In this document: in pieces, positions 21,590 to 32,555 of the stretch
How positions within the stretch are numbered: position 1 is the first letter of the stretch
Layout of the letters: every line of letters begins with the position of its first letter
Source: a virus
Strand: one strand, 5' to 3'
IMG/VR virus record: IMGVR_UViG_3300001832_000005
DNA: 37,172 nucleotides
Program-made: the position numbers and the translations under genes
The notes under the pieces: generated by a model
Databases searched by the model: none
Told to the model about the DNA's origin: nothing
What the model saw: the letters and a program-made list of their open reading frames with translations, nothing else

Positions 21590-24043
21590 ATGGGAATTGT
21601 ATCAAGAGCTATTCCAACTTTATTGAGGGGAGTTTCACAAGCTTCTGACTCATCTAAGCAAGCAGACCACGCAGACATACAAGACAATGCAGATAGTAAC
21701 CCTGTAGTTGGTCTTATAAAAAGATCAGGCATACAACACGTTACTAATTTAAGTACTCAAAGCCTAGGAAATGTTCATATTCAAACTATTAATAGAGATG
21801 TAAATGAGCAGTATGTAGCCATTTTCAGTAATGGAAGTGTAAAAGTTTATGACCTACAGGGTAATGAAAAAACTGTAGAAACACCTGACGGAACTACATA
21901 CTTAAATACATCTAATCCAAGAAGTGAAATTAAAACAGTTACGATTGCTGACTTCACTTTTGTTGTTAATACCAGTGTGGCTACTGCTATGGACTCTACC
22001 TTGTCAGGAGGTACAGGAACTAAAGCAATTATATTCGTAGAACAAGTCTCAAATAATACTATCTATACTGTCACAGTAGATGGGGTAACTGTCACAGATG
22101 ACACTACTAATGACTCGACTCTTAGTACTTCAGGAGTAGCTAATGATTTAGCTAATGGCCTAGCAAGTGGCCTTACTGGATTTGATGTTACAAGAAATGG
22201 AAGTGTTATATATATAAGAAAAACAGATGGTAGTAATTTTTCTATAGATGGAAGTGACACTCAAGGTAATACACAGCTATCTATTGTAAAAGATTCAGTG
22301 CAAAGATTTACAGACCTGCCTACTGTTTCTCCTGATGGTTACGTTGTTGAAGTAAAAGGAGATGACAATACAAATTTTGATAATTACTATGTAAAATTCG
22401 TCACTAACAATGGAGGAACTTTTGAAGAAGGACAATGGGAAGAGACAGTACAAGCAGGAATACCTTTTAAATTTGATTACTCCACTATGCCCCACGTTCT
22501 AATTAGACAGGCTGATGGTAATTTTAGATTTGCAAGAGTAGATGGAGATACTTATACTTTAAATGGAACGGATTATACTTTACCTGTTTGGGGGGAACGC
22601 ACTTCAGGAGATCAAATATCTGCTCCTGACCCTTCGTTTATTGGTCGTAATATAAGCAACGTATTTTTCTTTAGAAACAGATTAGGCTTTCTGGCAGATG
22701 ACAACGTGATTCTGTCTAACGTGTCAGACTTCTTTAACTTTTTTCCTGACACTGTTCTAACTATTGTTGACTCCCACCCTATAGACGTTGCAGCTTCACA
22801 CACAAAAGTTGCTATCTTAAAACACGCTGTAACTATGGGAGAGCAGTTGATTTTATTCTCAGAACAAACGCAGTTTATACTATCTAGTTCAGCAGACAAC
22901 TTAACACCATTAACAGCTAACGTACTTGTAGCAACTGAGTTCGAGTCTTCAGATGATGCACCGCCTGTAGGTTCTGGTTCTTCTATTTATTTTCTTACAA
23001 AAAAAGGAGACTTTGCAGGTATCAGAGAATATATAACTCAAACAGATGTAACTCTAAAAGATGCTAGTAACATAACTATTCATGTACCAAGGCTGATACC
23101 AAGCAGTATATTTAAACTTGCTGTATCTAATAACCAAGATATTTTAGTTTGTTTAGGAACTGATAACCCAAATAAATTATTTATTAATAGATGGTTATTT
23201 GGAACACAAGGACAGAAAGTTTTAAACAGTTGGTTTACTTTTACTATTAATCCAAACAGAAGAATAAAAAATGTAGATTTTATAGGTACTGATTTATTTT
23301 TAGTTATAGAAGAAGATACTAATGTAACCCTAGAAAAACTACCTTTTGAGTCTGACTATAAAGAAGAAAACGCTACGTTTGAATATCATTTAGATCATAA
23401 AGTTACTGAAGCTAGTAACAATGTTTCAGTTGCATTTAACACAACAACTAAGAAAACTATATTTACTGTGCCTTATAGATTAAGAGGAGAGATGAATGTA
23501 GTAGGAAGATATATAGCATCAAATGAAACCAGTACGTTTGTTGATCTTAACGGAACTACTCAAACATTAAAAGCAGGAACAATAATAAAAACTACAAACC
23601 AAACAGATGGAACAACGTCAACTATAGAAGCAAACGGAGACTATAGAAATGCGAAAGTAATTATTGGAGAACCTTTTGAAATGCACTACAGGTTTAGTAA
23701 ACAAAGAATTACTGAATCGCCAACACAAAGTTCTGCTGAGATTATTAGTTCAAGGTTACAACTACATCATTTTTATATTAAGTTTGAAGAGACAGGGTTT
23801 TTTAAAGTAGAAGTAACACCTGAGTATAGAGACACAAGTGTACATAAATTTAGTGGTCGTTTACTGGGTGCTGCTTCTTCTGCTATTGGTCAAATTAATT
23901 TAGCTACAGGTACATTTAGAGTTCCGATAATGAGTAGAGCAGACAGAGTAGATATAGATGTAAAGAATAATACTTTCCTCCCCACATTGTTAGCCAGTGC
24001 AGAATTTGAAGCTATGTTCAATATGAGAAGTAGGCGAATGTAG
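21590..24043 (+). CDS. Tail tubular protein B (T7 gp12-like)
   Basis: 817-aa ORF directly after the gp11-like gene; size and synteny fit. Confidence 0.85.
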   Translation: MGIVSRAIPTLLRGVSQASDSSKQADHADIQDNADSNPVVGLIKRSGIQHVTNLSTQSLGNVHIQTINRDVNEQYVAIFSNGSVKVYDLQGNEKTVETPDGTTYLNTSNPRSEIKTVTIADFTFVVNTSVATAMDSTLSGGTGTKAIIFVEQVSNNTIYTVTVDGVTVTDDTTNDSTLSTSGVANDLANGLASGLTGFDVTRNGSVIYIRKTDGSNFSIDGSDTQGNTQLSIVKDSVQRFTDLPTVSPDGYVVEVKGDDNTNFDNYYVKFVTNNGGTFEEGQWEETVQAGIPFKFDYSTMPHVLIRQADGNFRFARVDGDTYTLNGTDYTLPVWGERTSGDQISAPDPSFIGRNISNVFFFRNRLGFLADDNVILSNVSDFFNFFPDTVLTIVDSHPIDVAASHTKVAILKHAVTMGEQLILFSEQTQFILSSSADNLTPLTANVLVATEFESSDDAPPVGSGSSIYFLTKKGDFAGIREYITQTDVTLKDASNITIHVPRLIPSSIFKLAVSNNQDILVCLGTDNPNKLFINRWLFGTQGQKVLNSWFTFTINPNRRIKNVDFIGTDLFLVIEEDTNVTLEKLPFESDYKEENATFEYHLDHKVTEASNNVSVAFNTTTKKTIFTVPYRLRGEMNVVGRYIASNETSTFVDLNGTTQTLKAGTIIKTTNQTDGTTSTIEANGDYRNAKVIIGEPFEMHYRFSKQRITESPTQSSAEIISSRLQLHHFYIKFEETGFFKVEVTPEYRDTSVHKFSGRLLGAASSAIGQINLATGTFRVPIMSRADRVDIDVKNNTFLPTLLASAEFEAMFNMRSRRM

Positions 24044-24044
24044 T

Positions 24045-24497
24045 ATGGGTCATTTAAGAAAATGTACCCTCAAAGACTTGCACTATGTAAGCGATAACAT
24101 GAGAGAGATTGATAAACTAGAAGCTCTCTATCAAGCAGACCAAGACCCTGAAACTGCATTAAAAGTTTCATACTTAGCTAGTAAAGAAGTAATGGCAATC
24201 TGTGGAGATGAAGATAACCCTATTGGTATTTGTGGTGTAACTCCTAATGGCTGTATCTATATGGTTTCTACTGAAGAGCTATTTAATAATAAAAAATACA
24301 GAATACAATTAATTAGAAAAGGTAGAATATGGGTTGATGAGTTAATGAAATCATATACAATTCTATATAATGTTGTATATGCAGAAAACGTAGCAGCTAT
24401 GAAGTGGTTAGAAAGTTTAGGATTTAAATTTATCGAGTATCATGAAGAATATGGTGTACATAAAAAACCTTTTTATCAATTCATGAGGATAGCCTAA
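24045..24497 (+). CDS. T7 gp13-like internal virion protein (GNAT-like fold family)
   Basis: MREIDKLEA...ICGV...YNVVYAENVAAMKWLESLGFKF matches the gp13-family pattern as remembered; synteny fits. Confidence 0.65.
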   Translation: MGHLRKCTLKDLHYVSDNMREIDKLEALYQADQDPETALKVSYLASKEVMAICGDEDNPIGICGVTPNGCIYMVSTEELFNNKKYRIQLIRKGRIWVDELMKSYTILYNVVYAENVAAMKWLESLGFKFIEYHEEYGVHKKPFYQFMRIA

Positions 24498-25120
24498 TGT
24501 GTTTTGTAGCAGGAGCTTTAGGATTAACTGGATTGGCAGGTAATCTGTTCAATGCTTCCTTGGCGTTAAGTGCAGTAACAGGAGTAATGGGAGCAGCAGC
24601 CAAGAATGAACAGGCAAGACAGACAGCATCTTACGCATATCAAGCTGCTGAAGCTACTGCCATATCTGCTGATAATGCTATGACAAGACAGCAAGAAGCG
24701 ACAAACGCTAAACTTTCAGATGACAGAAAAGCTACTGCACAAGCAAAATTAGAAAAAGATATAGAAAGAAAAAGAGCAGTTGGCAAGATTTATGCAACAG
24801 AAGGGAGGTCAGGCAGATTAGCTACGCTCCTGACAATAGACGCTGAAAGAAATTCTGCAAGAATGAAAGAAGTTTTGACACAAGAATTAGAATCTGCTGA
24901 AGAGCAATACTTTAGAGATGTAGAACAAATAGTCGCAAATAGAGATAGTCGAAGAAATCAAGCTACAGATATTGCTAATAGAGGATATATGCAAGCACAG
25001 CAAATGTATCAATCTCCTCTATCGGTTATTGCTAATGTAGCATCAACAGGATTAGGAGCTTTCACAGCTATTGCTCCACATGAAGCAGCTATAAATTCTC
25101 TTGGTACTAAGAAAGGTTAA
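24497..25120 (+). CDS. Internal virion protein, gp14 position (207 aa)
   Basis: Gly/Ala-rich hydrophobic N-terminus MCFVAGALGLTGLAGNLF...; synteny fits. Confidence 0.6.
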   Translation: MCFVAGALGLTGLAGNLFNASLALSAVTGVMGAAAKNEQARQTASYAYQAAEATAISADNAMTRQQEATNAKLSDDRKATAQAKLEKDIERKRAVGKIYATEGRSGRLATLLTIDAERNSARMKEVLTQELESAEEQYFRDVEQIVANRDSRRNQATDIANRGYMQAQQMYQSPLSVIANVASTGLGAFTAIAPHEAAINSLGTKKG

Positions 25121-25122
25121 TT

Positions 25123-28122
25123 ATGGTTTACAGATCAAAAGTACAAAGAACAGACCCCTTTGTTAATCAAAGTACTATTGGTGCTGTTAATCTAAATAGT
25201 CCTGTTGCTCAAGTTGCACAAGCTTTGGCAACTATAGAACCTAATCTGCAAAAAGTAATAGTTAACAAAATAAAAGAAATAAAACGAGATGAGACAGTAG
25301 AGGGATTTCAAAAAGGACAGCGAGCAGGAAGTAATTATATGGCACAATCAGAACTCCTATATCCAAAAGAAACTGAGTTAGATGAAACTACAGGACAGAT
25401 AGCTAATAAATTGGCTGCTTTAACAAAGGCAGGTAATGAAGAAGAATCAAGAATGTTAAGAGCAAATAACCCTTGGTTTAAACACGCTTTTTATTCTGGT
25501 AAATCAAAATCGTTAGCAAAAGGTTTAAGTAAAGAGTGGGTAGAAGATATTAAAAGAGTTCAAATGGTTGACCCTCAGGATAACAAACTAAAATCAATGG
25601 CTGCTTTTCCTTTTAGTAGTCCACAAGTTCAGGGATATATAGCAGGAAAAAGAAATGCAAGAGTTGAACAACTTGATATGCCTGAATACTATGTCAAAAA
25701 ATACTTTTTACCTGAATTAGAAAATGGTATTAATAGTTTTCAAGAAGAACATACAAAATTAAGAACAGATTTAAAATTAGATAATTTTGAAAAACTTAAC
25801 AGGATAGGTTTAGAAACAATAGTCAGCGAATATCTATTACAAGATAAAGGTAAAGGTAGGGAGTATATAAAAAGTGAATTAAAAATTTGGACAGATGAGT
25901 TAAGAAAATACTATGTCGGTAAAGACTTTACTAAAGAAATGGGAGTTCATACAGACTATTTAATGGATAGAGCTATTGCTATAGCTAGTCAAAAAAGTGC
26001 AGGAGAAGCTAGGTTTCAAGATGCAAGAGATTTTATACAAGACTTTGCTAGTTTATTTCCAAGCTACTCACTAGGTAAAAAGAAAGTAATAGGTGCTGAT
26101 GGTGTAGAAAAAACAGTAGTTGCAGCTAATCCTCGTAACTCTTTAAAAAATTCAAAAAACTTTTTAGATAAATTAAATACAACTTTAAAAACAATAGACA
26201 CCTTAGAAAGCAGACATTATGATTTTCAAGACAAAATTCAACCTAAGTTAGATATAGAAGAAGCTGAAAAAATTATATTAGAAGATGATGGGAAAATGTC
26301 TGAAGAGAAAAGAGAAGCAAATCAAGACAGAATAAACGAGCTTATTGCTACTGACCCAAAAGTTGCTAAATGGGTTAAAGATAATCAATATGTTTTATCT
26401 GAAAATAATAAAGAACGTCAAATTTATTATCAGCAAAAAATTACTTTTGGAGAGATAAGAGATAAAAAATATGGTATGACAATTATAAATGATATATGGA
26501 ATAAGAGTTTGAAAACACCTGCTGATTTAGAATTTAGAGAAAATATGATTAATGCTTTAAAAGATGATGTAAAAAATGCAAATCAAGTTGCAATAAAAGC
26601 AGCAGGAGACACAGTATCGCAGCTAAATAAAATTTACCAAAACAAAAAAGATATTACTCCTAATATGCAAGATCAAATAGAAGACATACAGTTTTCAATA
26701 CCAAATAGATATTTACAGTATTGGAAAACTCCTTCTATTGATACAGGACAGGTTGATGAAAATGGTAAGCCAATACTTAGAACACCAAATGATGATGAAT
26801 TTAAAGACTTTGTAAATCAAGTACAAGAACAATCTATTAACAAAATTCGAGCAATTAGAGATGTTTCAGCAGGAGAAGGTAATCAGACTTTTAACCAGAA
26901 TCGTACTATTGACCAATTTAATCAAGATATTTTAGAGGATAACAGAGTAAGAGCTAGGTCTTTAATTTTTACTGCACAGACTTTAAAAGTAGAAGCACCA
27001 TTTATAGATGGAGTACAAGAAAGACCAACCTTAGAAGATGTGGCTGAACAGTTTTCTTATGGAGAACCAATAAGTGCTGATGGAATTATTGCTTCTTTTA
27101 ATGATGCTGAAGGTAACTTTGATACGACTCAGAAAGATAGTATTAGACAGTTTTTTAGATTTGTAAGGGTTACTGATAACCAAATCAAACAATATGGATT
27201 AGTCGAAAAAGGAGCTTTATCTAATGAAAGGCTAACAGAATATAGAAAAAACACTAATGTAGATAGAGGAGGAGTAATAATAGAAGGACAAAGTGGTCAA
27301 GTAGATGATGGAACAGTAGGGGAAGGTTCTGAAAATGTTGATAATTCACAAGTTTCAGATGAGACACAAGATGAGAAATCTAGTAATACTGGGGAAAAGA
27401 AAGAAGGCATAAAAAACATAAATGACATGGAAGGTGTTATTGACCCTAAAGAAATTAGGAAGAGTGGTCTTGACCAAAACAACTTAGGAAATATTGCTAA
27501 TAATTTTATTAATGCCATAACTGGTACTCAATCAGCACAAGCAGGAGAATTTCAAAAGCCAGTAATGAATCCTGAAGTTTTAAAACTTATTGAAGATGAA
27601 GACAAAGTATTATCAGCAAAAGATATAGGTATTAAAGATGAGAAAGAAGAACCTAACGGAGCAAGAAGGCAAGAACATAATTTCGTAATTTTCTATAATT
27701 TAGCTAAAAAATACGGACATAAGTTCCCTGAACTAACAGCAGCACAGGCTATGCACGAAACTTCAAATGGTGCATCTCCTTCAGGAAAAAATAATTACTT
27801 AGGATTTGAAGCAAACAGAGTACAGATTGAAAGGGGAGAATCATCTCTGCTTGATACTGAGCAAGATTTTGGAAAAGGTTTAGAGAAAACTAAAGAAGAC
27901 TTTGTAGATTTTAAAGATATAAGAGATCAATTTATACAATACAAAAAAGAGTGGAATGACCCATTCTCAGACAGAAAAGGTATTGTAAGTGTAGATACAC
28001 CAGAAGAAGCTTTAGATTTAATTCTTAGCCGACCTGATGATATGTATGCTACAGATAAGGACTACAAACAAAAAGTTCTTAATATCCTAAAAGACGCTAA
28101 AAGAAACCCTGCATTATTTTAA
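25123..28122 (+). CDS. Internal core protein, gp15 position, with a C-terminal glucosaminidase (GH73/FlgJ-like) domain
   Basis: Size and synteny fit. The C-terminus has AAQAMHETSNGASPSGKNNYLGFEA ... FVDFKDIRDQFIQY ... YATDKDYKQKVLNIL. Confidence 0.7.
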   Translation: MVYRSKVQRTDPFVNQSTIGAVNLNSPVAQVAQALATIEPNLQKVIVNKIKEIKRDETVEGFQKGQRAGSNYMAQSELLYPKETELDETTGQIANKLAALTKAGNEEESRMLRANNPWFKHAFYSGKSKSLAKGLSKEWVEDIKRVQMVDPQDNKLKSMAAFPFSSPQVQGYIAGKRNARVEQLDMPEYYVKKYFLPELENGINSFQEEHTKLRTDLKLDNFEKLNRIGLETIVSEYLLQDKGKGREYIKSELKIWTDELRKYYVGKDFTKEMGVHTDYLMDRAIAIASQKSAGEARFQDARDFIQDFASLFPSYSLGKKKVIGADGVEKTVVAANPRNSLKNSKNFLDKLNTTLKTIDTLESRHYDFQDKIQPKLDIEEAEKIILEDDGKMSEEKREANQDRINELIATDPKVAKWVKDNQYVLSENNKERQIYYQQKITFGEIRDKKYGMTIINDIWNKSLKTPADLEFRENMINALKDDVKNANQVAIKAAGDTVSQLNKIYQNKKDITPNMQDQIEDIQFSIPNRYLQYWKTPSIDTGQVDENGKPILRTPNDDEFKDFVNQVQEQSINKIRAIRDVSAGEGNQTFNQNRTIDQFNQDILEDNRVRARSLIFTAQTLKVEAPFIDGVQERPTLEDVAEQFSYGEPISADGIIASFNDAEGNFDTTQKDSIRQFFRFVRVTDNQIKQYGLVEKGALSNERLTEYRKNTNVDRGGVIIEGQSGQVDDGTVGEGSENVDNSQVSDETQDEKSSNTGEKKEGIKNINDMEGVIDPKEIRKSGLDQNNLGNIANNFINAITGTQSAQAGEFQKPVMNPEVLKLIEDEDKVLSAKDIGIKDEKEEPNGARRQEHNFVIFYNLAKKYGHKFPELTAAQAMHETSNGASPSGKNNYLGFEANRVQIERGESSLLDTEQDFGKGLEKTKEDFVDFKDIRDQFIQYKKEWNDPFSDRKGIVSVDTPEEALDLILSRPDDMYATDKDYKQKVLNILKDAKRNPALF

Positions 28123-28125
28123 AAG

Positions 28126-31100
28126 ATGACAAGCACACCTATGAATGAAAACAACACAATGCAGACAGAGCTTGATGCTGCTGAAGGTGTAAAAGCTGTA
28201 GAAGAAACTAAAGAACAGATTAAAGAAGAAACTGCTCCAAAACTAAAGCCCAAACCAGTACCAAATCAAAACGAATTAACAGAAACAACAAATGCAGAAA
28301 TAGTCCAAGACCAAAAAGTTAAAGAAGAAGCAAAAAATATTTTTGGTGTTTCTGATACTAAATTACTTACAGAAGAACAAAAATATCTTGATGGATTGCA
28401 AAAAGGTTTAGATAAAGAAATAGAAGAATATAAAGCAAAAGAAGGAGATAATTTTGACAAAGCAGAATTTCAAAAGTTTTTAGATGGAAAACATAAAACT
28501 ATTACAACAAAAATAAGAAATGGAATAGTTAATGGAAATATTGAAAACATAAATAATATATATAAGTTAGGAGATGATATAGTCGATTATCTTCTTGGAG
28601 ATATTTACGACTCATCAAGACCTGCTGATTTTGAACTAATACCTCTAAAAAAACCTTTAAGTGAAAGGTCTAAATTTAGTCAAATTATAGGAGGATTTGA
28701 AGAAACAGAAGAAGATAGAAATGATACAGTATATGGAATATCAAAAGGATTAGCACAATACATATTACCTGCTTTTAAAACTCAAGGGCTTTTAAAAAAT
28801 GTTGGAGTTAAAAAATTTAGAGGTGGTCTGACAGGGGTTGGTGTAGGGGCTATTGCTGTTGACCCTTATGAAGATAAATTATTAGGTTGGTTATCAGAAA
28901 GAACTGACATAGCACCATTAATTAGAGATGTGCTAGGTAATGCAACAGAAGTAGATGAAGACGGAAATTTAAAACCTGCTGAAGAAAGATTAAAAGCAAG
29001 ACTATATTCTGTAGCAAATGATTTTATTACAGGAGAAATTTTGCTACCTGTTAGTATGAGAGCTACAGGAGCAGGAGTAAAAGAAATAAATAAACTTGCT
29101 AAGAAGACAGGTATAGACAAAGCAACAGCCAAGGTAATTTTTGGAATTAGAGATATTACAAAAGATAGTGCAGGAAAAGTAGGTAATGAAATGGTCGATT
29201 TCTTTATGAATCAAATTTACAACTTAAGAAATAAAGGAGGAGAAGAATTAAATAGATTAAAGGCAAATCTAAAAGCCATTATTCATAGAAGCGGTACAGA
29301 TATAGAAGAGCAAGTCTATGATTCTCAACAACAAAATTTGATGGAGAATCTTAATTTATATATGAAAAATATAAAAAACCACCCATTATTACAGAAATAT
29401 TATATGGGTGGAGATGGAGAATCTTTAAGTGCAGTTCCTTTAAGAGGTAAAAAGATAACAAGAACTTTAAATGCTAGAGATTTATCTAGGTATTTTAAAG
29501 GTAAAAATGGCAAAAATTTTGCAGACAAAGAAGCAATAGTTGATTTTATTATGGCTAGAGGTGCAGCTTTGAAAGCTTCAGTAAAGCCTAACAGTAGAAC
29601 ATGGAAGGCTATGCAAGCAAAGGCAAGAACTCAATTACCTTTAGATACTGTAAATGTATTAACTGATTTTATAGATCAATATGGTAAAGGTGGAGACTTT
29701 GATTTGGAAGCTTCTATTATTGCATTGAACGATATTGTTAATGAAACTGCAATAGTTTTACAAGATTTAACGCAAAGTATGGACGATCAGTTAAGACTTA
29801 AAAGAGCAGGAAAAATGGATACAGTTTATTATGACAGATTAAAAAAAGATTTTGCTTTTAGTTTAAAATTTTTTGATTCTATCTTAGGTATTAAACGACA
29901 AACTATTGCCCCTGTATCAAGAGCTTTAAGCTTATCAAACGTAACTTCAGGAAAGCTTACAAAAAAAGGATTAAGTAATTTAAAAAACCTAAGAGAAGAT
30001 GAAATCATATCAGAAAACATACAAAGAAAAGCAAGAATAAAAAATGCAGAAGATATGGTTAATCCTAATGACCCTCTAGGAGAATTTGATATTGAAGATA
30101 TTATAAAGTTGGCAGATAGCGGAGATACAAAAGCGTTACAGCAAACAATTAGAAGACTTAACATGGCAGCTACAAATCCAAAAGCTTTGAAAGCAATCAT
30201 GGCTGCACAAAAAGGTAATGGAGTTATAAAAATAAGTAATCATTTATTTATTAATTCAATTCTTTCAAGCCCAATTACACATCAAGTTAATATTCTTTCT
30301 ACTGGTATAAATACATTTATGCGACCTACTGCAAAATTTGTAGGTGCTGAAAGAAAAGAAGAAAGAATAAGAGCTTTAAAAGAACTACAGTACTTGATGT
30401 CAACTTCTTTTGAATCCATGAAGATGGGTGTTGTTGCTTTCAGAGCAAATAGAAATATTGTTGATGCAAGTGCATCATTATTAGATGGTCAATCTGCACA
30501 GCAGTTAATGATGGAAGGGTGGACAGGTACAAGAGGAGCTTTAGGTAGAGCCTTTATGAACGGATACGGATTACCTAGCAGATTTCTTATGGCAGAAGAT
30601 GAAGTATTTAAGCAGATAAATTTTAGAGCATTTGTTAGGACTGAGATTTGGGAAAGAACACATAGAGCTATGGAAAGAGGTACACGCAAATTTGCTACTC
30701 GCACAGACTATAACAAGTACGTTAATAATCAATTCAATAGTATTATGGACGTAATTAATAGAGAATCAGTAGAAGGAAAATTATCAAAAAGAAATTTAGA
30801 ATTATTAGATAGAGCTAGAAAATATGCAGCAGAAGCAACATTTACAGAAGATTTAAAAGAAGGTTCTTTTTCTGAAGCATTTACTAATTTAGTAAACGAA
30901 TATCCTTTAGCAAGACAAATAGTTCCTTTTATTAGAACTCCTATAAACATCACAAAACAAGCTTTTAACGCAAGTCCACTTGCTCTACTTGTTGAAATGC
31001 AAGACACAAGAGTAGGAAAACTTACAGGTATGTCGTGGGCTAGTAAAAATGTTTTAAGAAAAGCAAGTTGGTTAGATCAACATTATGCAGACCTGACTTC

Positions 31101-32553
31101 TAAAGACAAAGGTGTAAGAGCTTTAGCTAGAGGAAGAACTAGAATAGGCTCGTCAGTTTTTGCAGGTTCAATATATTTATCTCATCAAGCAAATGACCCT
31201 GAAGCTCCTGTAGCAATTACAGGAGGTTTCCCTAAGAGTTTGGCAAAAAGAGAAATACTGGTTAACCAAGGCTTTCAACCATATTCAATTAGATTACTTG
31301 CAACAGAGGAAGACATAAAAAAATATGGTAGAAAAGGAGAAGCTTATGAAGTTGTTATGGGAGAAAACGATCAAGTTAAGTATGTAAGAGGAGCAGATGG
31401 AAAAATTAAATATAAATATTGGAGTTATAAAAGATTAGAACCTTATGCAAGTTTTCTTTCTGTAGCTGCTGACTTTACAAGAATTACAGGTTATATGGGA
31501 GAAGAACAGTTATTAGAAAAAGAAGCTATACAACAAGTGGTTCAAGCTGCTGTATATGACTCAACTATAGATAAAACTTTCTTAGATGGTATTGCTGAGT
31601 TATTCCAATTAGTAGAACGACCTTATCAATTAAATGCTTTCTTAGCAAGAAGAGTTGCACAAACAGTTATTCCTTTTTCAGGAGCTATGAAGTTTGTTAA
31701 AAATGCAAAGAATAGCTATGGAGAATATGGCGATATTGCTATGAATAAGCGTGTCGCTAAAGGTCAATATGAAGGAGATATAAACCCTTTAATATTTGCA
31801 CAAAGAGTTTTAAACGAAGCAGCAGGAACAACCCCTTTTGGAGATGCAAACGCAATACCTTATCAGAATCATATAACTGGTAAGTACACTATTAAACCAA
31901 CAGGCTTTGGAAAAGATGAAATGAATATCTTTTTTGATGGTCACGCAACAGAAACAGTTTCAGTAAATGACCCTGTAATGACAATATTAATGGAAACTGG
32001 CAGAGAGTTTGCAAGACCTGATATGACGATTTACCCTAAAAGTTCAACTAACCCTAAAGCTTTATTTACAGATGACACAGAATATAAAGATTTAGTTTAT
32101 TCAACAGCTACTTATACAAAGGGTTCTTTACAAAAAACTATGTATCAAACTATGGAAGATTGGATAAATAATAACCAAGAAGTAATTAATAGAATGAGAA
32201 TGAAGCCAGACGATTTAAGATGGGATAATTTAACTCCAAAGTTAAGAAAAAAATATGCAAGACTTTTTCAAGTTACTGATTTAAGTAAAGAGGATTTTGA
32301 TAAAGCTACAAGAGTTGAATTAATTTATATGGCAAGAGAAGAAGTCGGAGATGCTATGGCAGAAATTCATGAAGAATATAAAAGAGATGCTAAAAAGTTT
32401 TGGATAGAAAATAACTTTAGAAAAATGAGTCCAGAAAAATATAATGATTTTAATAATAGAAGAAGAAAAAATAGTAAATTATATGACACACTTGTATCGG
32501 ATAGTAGAATTGATATATTAGAAGACTTTGCTTCTCTTAATCTACTTGGCTAA
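28126..32553 (+). CDS. Large internal core/ejection protein, gp16 position (1475 aa)
   Basis: Size and synteny fit. No lytic transglycosylase motif seen. Confidence 0.7.
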   Translation: MTSTPMNENNTMQTELDAAEGVKAVEETKEQIKEETAPKLKPKPVPNQNELTETTNAEIVQDQKVKEEAKNIFGVSDTKLLTEEQKYLDGLQKGLDKEIEEYKAKEGDNFDKAEFQKFLDGKHKTITTKIRNGIVNGNIENINNIYKLGDDIVDYLLGDIYDSSRPADFELIPLKKPLSERSKFSQIIGGFEETEEDRNDTVYGISKGLAQYILPAFKTQGLLKNVGVKKFRGGLTGVGVGAIAVDPYEDKLLGWLSERTDIAPLIRDVLGNATEVDEDGNLKPAEERLKARLYSVANDFITGEILLPVSMRATGAGVKEINKLAKKTGIDKATAKVIFGIRDITKDSAGKVGNEMVDFFMNQIYNLRNKGGEELNRLKANLKAIIHRSGTDIEEQVYDSQQQNLMENLNLYMKNIKNHPLLQKYYMGGDGESLSAVPLRGKKITRTLNARDLSRYFKGKNGKNFADKEAIVDFIMARGAALKASVKPNSRTWKAMQAKARTQLPLDTVNVLTDFIDQYGKGGDFDLEASIIALNDIVNETAIVLQDLTQSMDDQLRLKRAGKMDTVYYDRLKKDFAFSLKFFDSILGIKRQTIAPVSRALSLSNVTSGKLTKKGLSNLKNLREDEIISENIQRKARIKNAEDMVNPNDPLGEFDIEDIIKLADSGDTKALQQTIRRLNMAATNPKALKAIMAAQKGNGVIKISNHLFINSILSSPITHQVNILSTGINTFMRPTAKFVGAERKEERIRALKELQYLMSTSFESMKMGVVAFRANRNIVDASASLLDGQSAQQLMMEGWTGTRGALGRAFMNGYGLPSRFLMAEDEVFKQINFRAFVRTEIWERTHRAMERGTRKFATRTDYNKYVNNQFNSIMDVINRESVEGKLSKRNLELLDRARKYAAEATFTEDLKEGSFSEAFTNLVNEYPLARQIVPFIRTPINITKQAFNASPLALLVEMQDTRVGKLTGMSWASKNVLRKASWLDQHYADLTSKDKGVRALARGRTRIGSSVFAGSIYLSHQANDPEAPVAITGGFPKSLAKREILVNQGFQPYSIRLLATEEDIKKYGRKGEAYEVVMGENDQVKYVRGADGKIKYKYWSYKRLEPYASFLSVAADFTRITGYMGEEQLLEKEAIQQVVQAAVYDSTIDKTFLDGIAELFQLVERPYQLNAFLARRVAQTVIPFSGAMKFVKNAKNSYGEYGDIAMNKRVAKGQYEGDINPLIFAQRVLNEAAGTTPFGDANAIPYQNHITGKYTIKPTGFGKDEMNIFFDGHATETVSVNDPVMTILMETGREFARPDMTIYPKSSTNPKALFTDDTEYKDLVYSTATYTKGSLQKTMYQTMEDWINNNQEVINRMRMKPDDLRWDNLTPKLRKKYARLFQVTDLSKEDFDKATRVELIYMAREEVGDAMAEIHEEYKRDAKKFWIENNFRKMSPEKYNDFNNRRRKNSKLYDTLVSDSRIDILEDFASLNLLG

Positions 32554-32555
32554 CT

